Shown here piece by piece: positions 13,095-25,175 of a stretch of 64,000 nt of DNA; the stretch's first letter is position 1, and each line of letters begins with the position of its first letter. Location of the stretch: positions 76,446,001 to 76,510,000 of the forward strand of contig OZ360238.1 of assembly GCA_977017645.1 (NCBI GenBank), in the 5' to 3' direction. Both the position numbers and the translations under genes were made by a program. This DNA comes from Torpedo marmorata (lineage: Eukaryota). Under the pieces are notes generated by a model. It made no database searches. It saw only the letters and a list, made by a program, of their open reading frames with translations, and was not told the DNA's origin.

Positions 13095-14515
13095 CAAAGA
13101 GCACACAACAGGTCCTTCACTCCAACTCATCCAAGCTGACCAAGTTGTCATTTGGGCTCATCACATTTGGTCCATAGCCTTCCAAACACTCCCTATTCAT
13201 ATATCTGTCCAAATGTTTTTTGAACATTGTAATTGTACCTGCTTCCATAGCTTTCTCTGGCAGCTTGTTCCGGATTAACCACCCCCGGGGTGAAAAGGTT
13301 GCCCCTCGAATCCCTCTTAAATCTCTCCTCTCTCACAATAAACCTATGCCCTCTTGTTCCAGAATTGTCTGTACTGGGCAAAAGACTGTAAGCATTCACT
13401 TTATCCATATGCCCCTCATGATTTTATATACCTCTATAAGGTCACCTCAGTGTTCTACACTCCAGCAAATGAAGACCCAGCTTAACACTATTACTCAAGC
13501 CTTCCATTCCCTGCAACATCCTGGTGAATCTCACCTATAACCGTTCCAACGTATTGACATCCTTCCTATAGGTGAGTGACCAGAATGACACCGTTCTCCA
13601 AGTGTGGTCTCACCAATGCTTGTGTAGCTGTAATGTGATGTCCCAACCTTTGTACTCGATACCCTGCCCAATGAAGTCAAGTGTGCCAAACATCTTCTTC
13701 ACCACCCTGTCCATATGAGTCCCTCTTACAGGGATCTATGTACCTATATTCCTAGGTCACCCTCTTCTACAACACTCTCCACACCTCTACCATTTACTGT
13801 GTAAGCCTTGCCCTGCTTTGACTTTCCAAAGTGCAACAACTCACACTTGTCAGAATTAAATTCCATTTGGCCCATTTTCCCAAGTGATCTCGCTCCTGTT
13901 GTAAACTTCAATATTGTTTTAAGGTTCTAAATTTAGGTTCTAGCCATGCAGCTTCACTGGATGATTCCTCAAGAATATCCTCTCCAAGCACGAATCTTAT
14001 GTCCTCCCTCATCAAAGAAGCATCCTCCCCCTCTTCCCTGCACCTCTATCACGCCTGAAACATCTATACCCTGGAACAATAACTTGTCAGTTTCTGTTAA
14101 GGGTATAAGATTCCAGTCCCCCGAGTCAATCCATGCTGAGTTTGTCTGCCTTATCTGTTAGCCTTGCATTGAAATAAATGCAATTTAAACCACCAGTCCA
14201 TCCCCTCTCTTTGACTTTTTGGCCCCAACTACCCATCGGCCTCATCTCTGCTTTGGCCCCACTCCTTGCCAATCTAGTTTCATCCCTCCAAGTAGCACAA
14301 ACTATCCCTGCCAGGGTATTGTTCCACCCTCAGTTCAATCCATTCATCTTGTACAGGTGACATCTGCCCCAGAAGAGATCCCAATGATTCAAGAACCTGA
14401 ATCCCTGTCCCCTGCATCAGCTCTTTATTCCATGCATTCATCTGGCCTAACCCTCTACTCTTCATATTCCTTCTATGTACCAGTACATGAGATTGGAAGA
14501 AATCCAAGTGAATCG
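13095..14515 (-). mobile_element. Old CR1 fragments (RT 3' end and ORF1/APE remnants)
   Basis: Degenerate TRGHRF..RGNLFT segment and esterase-region similarity to the CR1 at 1181-6954. Confidence 0.7.
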
Positions 14516-15336
14516 CTGCTTCACACTTGAAAGGAATGCCTGGGCCCTTGGAGGTTAGGAAGGGATGAGGGAAAAGAGCAGGTGTTGCATCTACTACAAT
14601 TGCACAGGAAACTGTTGTGAGAAGGGGAATGATTGATTAACTGTTTTCCCTTCCATGGATGTTACCTAATCTGCTGTGTTACCAGCATCAAAATGAATTT
14701 ATGTAAAGGAAATGTTGCACTTGTTATTTGTAAAAATGTGTCCTTCCTTCTCTTTTCTTGGTGTCCAGCCACTATAAGTGCAATTGTTCTTCTATGACCC
14801 TAACCTGAGCCATCCCACTGCTGGACTTCACGACCCCTGCTCCATTGAAAAGCACTCAGAAATTTACACTTTGATGCAAAAGACATGAAGGTATAGAGAA
14901 AATCTCTTTTTATTTTCCAGAGAAGGATACAGCAACAGATTGTACATTTTCTAAACAAGTTTACTTGGAAATATTTCCAGCATCTGCTGTGCTGGGTTTG
15001 TCTGAAGGACATGTGGGATAATTTATTCCCAGATATCTCTTCTACTTTTTCCTGTGAGCAAGCATTTCCTTTGTTGAATACTCTTAATAAAAATCCACAG
15101 AAAAACTAGGATATGGTCATAAAAAAACTCAGTGTTAAACAGATCTTCAAATTTAAAAGAACACAAGAACAGTAGTTAGCCTTCTCATCCCATTGAGCAT
15201 GCTCTGCTATTCAGCAAGATCACAGCTAATTTTCTACTGCAATGATAATTTTCCTGCCTATTCTCACATCCTTCGCTTCCTTTAAATATCCAGAAAATCT
15301 ATTCCTCTCTGTTTTGAATACAATCAATGACTGGCC

Positions 15337-16005
15337 ATGCAAGTGGTAAAGAAGGTGTATGGCATGCTTGCCTTCATTGGTCTGGGCATTGAGTATAAGA
15401 GTAAGGAAATCATGCTGCAGCTACACAAAACTTCGGTTGGGTTGCACTTGGAATACTGTGTGAAATTCTGGTCACCCCATTACTGGAAGGATGTGGAGGC
15501 TTGGGAAAGAATACAGAGATTTACCAGGATACTGTCTGGATTAGAGGGTATGAATTACAAGGAGATGTTGGATAAACTTGGGTTTTCTTCTCTGGAGTAT
15601 TGGAAGCTGGTAGAAGTTTATAAAATTATGAGCGGCATGGATAGGCTAGACAGTCAGAATCATTTCCCCAGGAAAGAAATATCAAATTCAGTAGGACATT
15701 TGTTTTCGGGTGAGGGCCGGGGAGGGGGAGAATAGAAAGGACATGTGCATGGCAAGTATTTTTTTTTTTAAATTTTTTTTTTTTTTTTACACACAGAGTG
15801 GTAGGTGCTTGGAATGGGTTGCCAGGGGGAGTGGTGGAAGCACATATGGTAGTTGTGTTTAAGATGCTTCTGGATGGACACAGCAGGGAATAGAGGGATA
15901 TCTGCCATTTGCACGCAGCAGTTTTAGTTTAATTTGGCATCATGTTCGGTGCAGACATTGTGGGCTACAGTGTCTGTTCCTCAGGTGTACTGTTCTATTT
16001 TCTAC
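15337..16005 (+). mobile_element. Old CR1 3' fragment
   Basis: VVKKVYGMLAFI..GIEYKS..LEYCVKFWSPHY; CR1-type 3' UTR. Confidence 0.85.
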
Positions 16006-17544
16006 GAGTCTGCACAGCTTATGCAAAGTTATTTTGATATTTTTACCTTTTTGATGGAAATTGGGGATGAAATAGCTATTCTACTCTAGTCAGTTCTTGA
16101 TAGAGAAAAAGACAGATCTAAAGGACAACTTAAATAATTTTGTATCTATTTCCAGCATTGAGGTTGCACATAAATTAATATTAACCAATATTTTATATTG
16201 AGACATCTAAAACACACACCCAGTGACACCCAGAAATGTTTAGGCTTCACACTATCTCACAGGACCAAATTTTCTCATGTTCAAAACTGATGCACCTTTA
16301 CTTCTGCACAAAAAGTGTAATTTATTCTTTTGCACATTTCCCTTCCTGCATTACTATCAGTGACATTGTGATGGAGAGATGTTATGATTGTCTAACTGTT
16401 AATCCACAGAAAACAAGAATTTATATTGATCTGAACACAATGTCTCAAATTCAGATGACCAAGCACATTTCTATGCCAATAGTTACAGGTTTCTACAGTG
16501 CCGAAACAGCCCCTTTGGCCCCACTTGTCCATGTTGTCCATCTGCCTATGTTCGGCCCATATGCTATCAATATTCCATTTAAAAGCAGCAGTCATTTTGC
16601 AGGTAGATTCTATCCCCATATTTAGTGAAATCAATCCTTCCTTCAAAATAACTCTTTTCCCTTGAGGTTCAGCCATTTTAAGTAGCATTTTACAAATAAA
16701 AATTATTTCCATGAACTAAAACAGTGGTTAAATTAAATTTGCATATCAATCTTATAAAAGGTATTTTTTTCAAGTAGTACTACAATATGACAAAAGTTAT
16801 AGCAGCTGAATTGTACCAGAAGACTCAGCTCCGTTAATAGCAAACTGAATTGACAATTTCTTAAAATAAATTTTAGATCATCCTTAAATATTGTGCATTA
16901 ACATTTGTTTACATATTACTTTCAATACAGGAAACATCAATTCTATTTAATATAAGAGAATAAAAACAATTTCACTCTACATCAAAGATGGTTTTGTGCA
17001 TCTTGCAAGTTGACAAGAGATCAAAGATAGGAATGTGAGGAATTCACTCAAATAAATAGTAAAAACTGCTTGTGAATGGTTGCTCTCTTCATTTGTGTAC
17101 ATTTACCATTCACTGATAGTTCTTTCAGGCATCATTTTGTTGGCCAAGTGGCCTTTCTTCTTTCTATACAACAGTAACAAGTAACACAACCACACTTCAG
17201 ATTGCTATGTTACAGTAGTGAGTAAAATACAAGAAATAATCACGAGAATATTTTTCAGAGGTTACATTGCAGCACATAACTAATCTTTACCTCAACTGAG
17301 TCAGGGTCAACTAAAAAATATGCACAGCACTTTTTCACTACCACATTGAGAAAACTTTACAATCTACAACCTAGATGCAGCAATCAGAATTATTTGCAGC
17401 CAGTATACATATTTAGCATTATAATTAGATTAATTGTATTTTTATATCTCTTAACAGATCTGCATGTTTAAATTCCCCAACCACAAAGAAAACCAACGTA
17501 AGATAAAGATTTGAAGCCAACTACGCGGTTTCTACGCACTACGC

Positions 17545-19126
17545 ACCTATGCCCATTTTGAGAAGAACCAAACAGTGCCTACTAGAATCCCAGAAAAGGC
17601 TGAGGACACTGTGATATCTGACTCTGAGGGCGATGTCAGTACATCATTCAAGAGGGTGAACCCTCGCAAGGCCTCAGGCCCTGATGGCGTACCTGGCAGG
17701 GTACTGAAAATCTGCGCCAACCAACTAACCGGAGTGTTCACGGACATTTTCAACCTCTCAGTGCGGCAGTCAGAGGTTCTCACCTGCTTCAAAAGGGCAT
17801 CAATCATCTCGGTACCCAAGAAGAGTAGTGTGAGCTGCCTCAATGACTACCGCCCAGTAGCACTAACTTCTACTGCGATGAAATGCTTTGAGAGGATGGT
17901 CATGGCCAGAATTAACACGTACCTAAGCAAAGATCTGGACCCAATGCAATTTGCCTATCGTCTCAATTGCTCCACAGCAGATGCAATATCGCTGGCTCTC
18001 CACTCAGCTCTGGATCACCTCGAAAACAGCAATTCATACATACGGCTGCTCTTCATCGACTACAGCTCGGCCTTCAATACCATTATTCCCTCAGTGCTGG
18101 TCAAGAAGCTACAAACTCTAGGCCTCTGTACCCCCCTCTGCAACTGGATCCTTGACTTTCTCATCAGAAGACCAGTCAGTACTATTTGGAAACGTCTCCT
18201 CTTCACTGATTATCAACACAGGCGCACCCCAAGGATTCGTGCTTAGCCCACTGCTCTACTCGTTACCCACCCATGACTGTGTGGCCAGGCACAATTCCAA
18301 TGCCATCTACAAGTTTGCCGATGACACCACAGTTGTCGGCAGAATCACAAACGGCAATGAGGAAGTGTACAGGACGGAGATAGATCAGCTCGTTGAATGG
18401 TGTAACGACAACAACCTTGCGCTCAACGTCAGTAAAACCAAGGAGATGATTGTGGACTTCAGGAGGAAGTCAGGGGAACACGGCCCAGTCCTCAGTAGTG
18501 GAGAGGGTCAAGAACTTCAAATTCCTGGGTGTCAACATCTCCGAGGATCTGTCCTGGAGCCTCCACGTTGATGCAAACACAAAGAAGGCTCACCAGCAGC
18601 TATACTTTGTGAGGTGTCTGAGGAGATTCGGTATGTCACCGAAGACTCTCCTAAACTTCTACAGGTGTACTGTGGAGAGCATTCTGGCTGGTTGCATCAC
18701 TGCCTGGTATGGAGGCGCCAACTCTCAGGACAAGAATAAACTCCAGAGGGTTGTTAACTTGGCCTGTGACATCACAGGCACCAGACTTCACTCCATCGAG
18801 GACATCTACACGAGGCGGTATCTTAAAAAAGCAGCCTCTGTCCTCAAAGACCCCCACCACTCAGGCCATGCCCTCTTCACTCTGCTACCATCGGGAAAAA
18901 GGTACAGGAGCCTAAAGACGGGCACTCAACAGCACAAGGACAGTTTCTTCCCCGCTGCCATCAGATTCCTGAATAATCATTGAACCAAAGACACTGCCTT
19001 ACTTTTCGTGCACTATTATTTATATATTTTTTATAGTAATGGTTATAATATGAATGTTTGCACTACGATGCTGCCGCAAAACACTCAATTTCATGACTTG
19101 TTCATGACAATAAATTCTGATTCTGA
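17545..19126 (+). mobile_element. Rex1/Babar LINE, 5'-truncated, frameshifted
   Basis: [35 protein letters not shown]; tail tgacaataaattctgattctga. Confidence 0.93.
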
Positions 19127-19741
19127 CCTGACTATTGCTCCATAGATTTTAACATGTTAAAAATTGTGGATGATTGTAGTGAAATGCCTGTGATATTTAA
19201 CTCGGTTACGTCTGAATCATTTCACACAAATTAGAAATAAAAAGACAATACAACTCTCAAGGAAATATTCTTATCTTTGATACTGCTGAAAAACTCAAAG
19301 ACATTGTCATCTTATCTTTAGAATAATATTGTTGAGGATGTTCAAAGAATATCAACAACAATAATTTAACGACATAGGTAGCATTAAGGGGAAAACTCCT
19401 CAAAGAATTGTGTCATTCAAGAAATCAATTATTGAATTCTCAGAAATAATAAGCAACTGTTTATGTAGTGTTTCTTCAACAGGTTGAAGATATGCAAAAG
19501 CTAATTTTAATAAAAAAGTTAAATCCTGAACAGTTTCTTTAAAACGGATGGATCCTAACTCTTTGCACTTCAGTTTATTTTCTTCTTCGGTTAAAATCAT
19601 ACAAGGATTCTGCTAGCCTTAAACAGGGTAGAATACGCAAACACTCCAGAAATAAATAACAACCAGGTAAGTAGTTTGAGATAATTTTCCTAAATTCAGG
19701 GGCTGATTCCATTCAACAAAAGGATTGAACCTGTTTTCCAG

Positions 19742-19875
19742 AATCCTGACGATGGGCTCAGGCCCAAAAAGTTGACTGCCTTTTACTTCCTATGAATGCT
19801 GTGTGACCTGCTGACTTTCTCCAGCACTTTTGTGTATTGCACTCGACCCCAGCATCTGCAGACTTTCTTGTTTAA
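19742..19875 (+). mobile_element. PLE pLTR-derived short repeat with a degenerate hammerhead
   Basis: cCTGACGAt-GGGC-tcag-GCCC-aaaa..ttgac followed by tgacctgctga..tttctccagca. Confidence 0.65.
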
Positions 19876-20856
19876 CAACAGAGTGCGAACCCCAAAGGCT
19901 CCATTTACTTAAAAATGACAACGTGTCTGCTTCCCCATTGCCAATCAAACTACTCCCACCAAGTATTTCAGAGCTGATTGCACTGTATGAAGCATTCTTT
20001 CATCCTGGGGTTTGGATCCACAAACAATGGCTACTCTCCAGTATACTGTACATCTGATTCATTAACGACTCATGACTGAGAGTGGCAGCAAGTGATTTAA
20101 TTGTGGAGGAGTCAATGCCAGGCACAAAAAAAAAATCAGCTAAAATTTAGTCCCTCCCCAACTCCAGTAGGAAGTGAAAAACCTTGACCAATCTTCCCTT
20201 CCAAAGCTTGCGACGCTGTGGGAATTTGATGCTTTTTCCTGCTGACAACAGCTGACAGCATGGATTAAATGTTCCTGTAATAAATCATTCAATCACATTC
20301 TGCACGAACCAGCTGCTTGTTATTGCTCACAGTTTATGCACATTTACTCATTAAACATGTTCAAACAAAATGAATTACAAAAAGGATTACAATGGACAGG
20401 AATCTACAAGGTATTCAAAACAAAGTTTTGACTTTAAAGAACCAGTCATGCACATATATTTATCTGAAGAACTCCCATCTCAAAGTATGCCTGGAGGCCC
20501 AATTAGGAAGCCAATCTAATTGGGTGATTTTTAGATTTTAGTGCCAATTACAGCCAGGACTGTACAAGGGCACAAGGGCTCAACAAATTTAAGAAAAGGT
20601 GAAATAGAGAAATCAACATATAAACATTAAAAGCACATCAAATGCTCTTTACCCAGGTGTAGCATTAGACCACCAAGTCCCTTTCTAATAAAAGGATCAT
20701 ATGATGACTTTTGAACAAATCTTGAAATGATGGAGCAATCTTCACCTTCAAGGTAAACGGAAATAATTCCAAGAAAATAGCTGACTTTGGAGTATGTAAC
20801 AATGCCTCCTTTGCTTGTCCTTTTGTGCGTTTTTCTTAAGGAGCTTAACTTTCTTA

Positions 20857-20912
20857 TTATGAAGTTTGAGGTACCACCTCCAAAATCTTTTGACTGAAAA
20901 TAGTAATGGAAT
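20857..20912 (-). CDS. SLC7A5: SLC7A5/LAT1-like terminal coding exon (exon 10) including stop
   Basis: ctttcttgcag|AT TCC ATT...ACT TCA TAA TAA; (D)SITIFSQKILEVVPQTS*, comparable to the LAT1 C-terminus QKLMQVVPQET*. The 3' UTR end could not be determined. Confidence 0.92.
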
Positions 20913-21392
20913 CTGCAAGAAAGGTGAAAACCATGTTACTGATAAACGAACAAAATGCTAGTATTCAAGTTAATAAGGCAGTAACAGCCTCAAAGGGGCA
21001 AAGGTGGACAAGAGCCCAATACCTATCACCCATTTGGTCCCTGCTTTTTTACAGGAGTTGATTGCTGAAGAACCTGCTGGTTTCCCACTTTTAATGTAGA
21101 AGCTAGGGAAATGAAACAATGACTGCCATTTTAGGATGGAATGGTTCAACTGGGATATAGATTCACTCACCAATTTTATTAGCAACAGAGCTGAAGAAAC
21201 ATCAAAAAGTATTTTTCATGGACCTGAGTATAGATAGATAGTTTCTTCTGCTGTATTCATGTCAATTCTTGAACACCATTGTCCTGAATTTCACCCTTCA
21301 TCTAAACACAACCCTAACTCTTCCTCCCACATCCTCCCATGACCATTTTTAAAATTTAAATATTTTTAAAATGTTTTTTTTTTATTTTTTAA

Positions 21393-21628
21393 ATTTAGAC
21401 ATCCAGCACGGTAACAGGCCCTTCTGGCTCACGAGCCCGTGCCGCCCAAATACCCCAAATAACCTACAACCCCTGTACTTTTTGAAAGGTGGGAGAAAAC
21501 CGGAGCATCTGGAGGAAACTCACGCAGACGCGGGGAGAACGTACAAACTCCTTACACACAGCGCCGGATTCGAACCCGGATTGCTAGTGCTGTAATGGTG
21601 TTGCGCTAACTGCTATGCTAACCGTGCC
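21393..21628 (-). mobile_element. V-SINE (HE1-like) in SLC7A5 intron 9
   Basis: tRNA-like head with B box GGTTCGAATCC, V-domain gagtttgtacgttctccccg..tgcgtg..tttcctcc, and CR1-like tail gggcctgttaccgtgctg. Confidence 0.85.
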
Positions 21629-22526
21629 TTTGACAGGAGTTACCTTACTATTAACCAGATCCCTCTAAGCTGAACTCGATCAGAAATGTTCTTTTGCTGC
21701 AACAGCCTCCTTGTCAGAAAACAGCTATGAACTCTTCACTGTTGAACCAGGCAGTCAGCCAGTATACAGCACTGGTCACCCAACCAAAGATCAAAACCCA
21801 AGTAGATGTCTTACATGGAACAATCTTCATTGATCAAAATGGACTCTGAACAATAAAGTTCAGAGAGCAAGTCTCCATTGCTACTACTGACAATATAACC
21901 TATAAAATACAACGAAATGCTCCAACTCCATATCAATATGTTGTAATTTTGATAACACCTTTGGGGAGCACACTTTTTCTTTGTGTATGTTTCAGGACTG
22001 GCCGTTTCTGCTAATCATCATTTTGGCTGTTTTCTTGTTTCGTACGATCTACTCTATATTCCACAGCCTTATTATTAGCAACACATTACACAGGTTAAGA
22101 AGTTTAATTTGGCCTTAACTGCTACTTAATTGTCACACTAATTCATCTGGTCTAACCCTATCATCGATGTTTCCTTTATTCTACTCATTCTCCCACATTT
22201 TCTCTGCTACCAAAAATGAAGGAATTTTTCTCTTTCCCATTTCTGATGAAACATCCCAGAACTAAAAGGGTAACTGTTTCTTTTTCTACAGATGTTGCCT
22301 GCCATTTTCCTATTTTATTTCAGAACGGAGTGTTCTCCATCCAAAATTTATGAATAACACAACATGCTAATATTATAAAAATGTATCTTTTGAAATATCA
22401 AATAGCGAAAAGTTATTGGTGATAGTGTATAAAGGATCAGCTTGGTTGACACATATGAGCCCAAAAATAAAAACATACAATTAATCTTACTAATCACAAT
22501 TTTTTAAAAATCTTAAACATGCATAC

Positions 22527-22704
22527 CGATTGCATTTAAAAGCCACTTGGGTTTGTTTTTCCAGTGAACTCCTATATAATAGACCGGAATTCCAGAGAGG
22601 ATGATGGCAAAACCAATGGCGCATTCCACAGGTGTCGTCCATATGGATACAACAATCAAAAAGATGCAAGCAAGCACAAAACTAATTGGGAGGAGGATGT
22701 TGAA
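22527..22704 (-). CDS. SLC7A5: SLC7A5/LAT1-like coding exon (exon 9)
   Basis: ttacag|TTCAAC...GCAATCG|gtatgc; 178 nt; [59 protein letters not shown]. Confidence 0.95.
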
Positions 22705-23475
22705 CTGTAAGAGACAAGAACGAGATTACAATTTCCTTTTACACTTCATTACAATTAAACTTTTTTTATTGAATTGTTTCCTCATCCTCATTTACCTTCT
22801 CAGACTGAAATTAGGGAGAAAACCAATTCTCTGCAATTCACTGAATTTTCCCCATTCTTGGCATAAAACTAATTATGCAATTTTAACGCAAGAGCTGGAG
22901 AAGGATGGTTAAAATTAACGCACACAAGGACGTTGACATTCGAAAACAGCTATATAATTTTCATTATGTTTCCATCAAATTTGAGTTTTGCTCCATGGAA
23001 TAAACAAAGGAAGTTCCAACATTTCTAAAAAAATATTACTTTGAGCCAAATAATATGCCTCAGGACTGAACACAGATGGCCTTGATTTTATAAATCCGCC
23101 TTTGCTTTGCATGGGTACCTGGTTGGTGACTAGATGTTCAAATCCCAAGTCTCTTTCAAAGCAGTTCAAGAACTCATAATCAAGATCTGTGCTAAGATTG
23201 TGACAGGGCAATAGGCTGATTTAAGACTCAGTCCCCTTTCCCTGTTGTGGGAAATGCCTTTACGTCTATTTAGCGAAGCTCCTGTAATGGCCAAATCATG
23301 CTAATTATTCTTGTAACAACTGCCATTGGGAATCTAATGGTTTGATAACCTATTTTTATAAATATTTTTATAAAGTCACTCAAATTGATGAATTATGCTC
23401 ACAGGGTAAACGTGATTGAACATTGCTGCCTTTGTATTTGAGTGAAATGAACCAGCACTGCAGCTGCCCAATTAC

Positions 23476-23625
23476 CTTTATTGGCCGTTCCAATTCTGGT
23501 TTCTTGTAACGCAACCACATCATTCCAATAATAGCTAATCCAATGCACAGCCAGTTGAAGAAACTGAAGAAGTTAATTACAGAGTATATATCGACAGAGA
23601 ATGCATACATCAAAGTCATCCAACA
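23476..23625 (-). CDS. SLC7A5: SLC7A5/LAT1-like coding exon (exon 8)
   Basis: ttacag|TGTTGG...ATAAAG|gtaatt; 150 nt; [62 protein letters not shown] is LAT1-type rather than LAT2-type. Confidence 0.96.
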
Positions 23626-23776
23626 CTGTAAAACAGGAACAAAAAGCATTATCAGCAAAGAGTTGTATATTTAATCAAATTCTTCTTCTGCCAAAGAACA
23701 ATTTAAAATTTGATCTGGAAGTAGTAATGACAAAAATGGCAGCCTACCTGAAAATTAAGTCATGAAATACAAATAA

Positions 23777-25175
23777 AATCAGAATCAGAATTTTTTTTCA
23801 TGAACAAGTCATGAAATTCGGTGTTTTGCGGCAGCATCATAGTGCAAACATTCATATTATTACCATCTTACGACATTACTATAAAAAAAATATATATAAA
23901 TAATAGTACACGTAAAGTAAGGCAGTGTCTTTGGTTCATTGATTATTCAGGAATCTGATGGCAGCGGGGAAGAAGCTGTCCTTGTGCCGTTGAGTGCTCG
24001 ACTTTAGGCTCCTGTACCTTTTTCCCGATGGAAGCAGAGTGAAGAGGGCATGGCCTGGGTGGTGGGGGTCTTTGGGGACAGAGGCTGCTTTTTTAAGACA
24101 CCGTCTCGTGTAGATGTCCTCGATGGAGTGAACTGGTGCTTGTGATGTCACAGGCCGAGTTAACAACCCTCTGGAGTTTATTCTTGTCCTGAGAGTTGGC
24201 GCCTCCATACCAGGCAGTGATGCAACCAGCCAGAATGCTCTCCACGGTACACCTGTAGTTTACGAGAGTCTTCGGTGACATTCCTAATCTTCTCAGACAC
24301 CTCACAAAGGATAGCTGCTGGTGAGCCTTCTTTGTGATTGCATCAACGTGGAGGCTCCAGGACAGATCCTCGGAGATGTTGACTCCCAGGAATTTGAAGT
24401 TCTTGACCCTCTCCATTACTGAGCCCTCGATGAGGACTGGGTCATGTTCCCCTGACTTCCTCCTGAAGTCCACAATCATCTCCTTGGTTTTGCTGACGTT
24501 GAGCGCAAGGTTGTTGTCGTTACACCATTCAACGAGCTGATCTATCTCCCTCCTGTACGCTTCCTCATTGCCGTTTGTGATTCTGCGGACAACTGTGGTG
24601 TCATCGGCAAACTTGTAGATGGCATTGGAGTTGTGCCTGGCCACACAGTCATGGGTGTATAACGAGTAGAGCAGTGGACTAAGCACGCATCCTTGGGGTG
24701 CGCCTGTGTTGATAATCAGTGAGGAGGAGACGTTGTTTCCAATTCGTACTGACTGTGGTCTTCCAATGAGAAAGTCAAGGATCCTGTTGCAGAGAGGGGT
24801 ACAGAGGCCTAGAGTTTGTAGCTTCTTGACCAGCACTGAGGGAATAATGGTATTGAAGGCCGAGCTGTAATCGATGAAAAGCAGCCGTATGTATGAATTG
24901 CTGTTTTCGAGGTGATCCAGAGCTGAGTGGAGAACCAGCGATATTGCATCTGCTGTGGAGCGATTGTGACGATAGGCAAATTGCAGTGGGTCCAGATCTT
25001 TGCTTAGGTACGTGTTAATTCTGGCCATGACCAGCCTCTCAAAGCATTTCATCACAGTAGAAGTTAGTGCTAACTGGGCGGTAGACGTTGAGGCAGCTCA
25101 CATTACTCTTCTTGGGTGATTGATGCCCTTTTGAAGCAGGTGGGAACCTCTGACTGCCGCAATGAGAGGTTGAAA
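23777..25175 (-). mobile_element. Rex1/Babar LINE, 5'-truncated
   Basis: 320-aa RT ORF at 24093-25055 with the canonical motifs, plus the Rex1 tail. Confidence 0.93.

Noticed and set aside
14768-15021. Possible plus-strand exon(s) after polypyrimidine-AG tracts
   Set aside because: The first candidate has stops in all three frames; the second gives a short peptide with no recognisable homology.
16000-20856. Extent of the SLC7A5 3' UTR and its polyadenylation site
   Set aside because: Several AATAAA-like hexamers occur in AT-rich sequence; none can be chosen without transcript data.
21540-21628. tRNA gene (B-box GGTTCGAATCC)
   Set aside because: It is the tRNA-derived head of a V-SINE; no complete cloverleaf.
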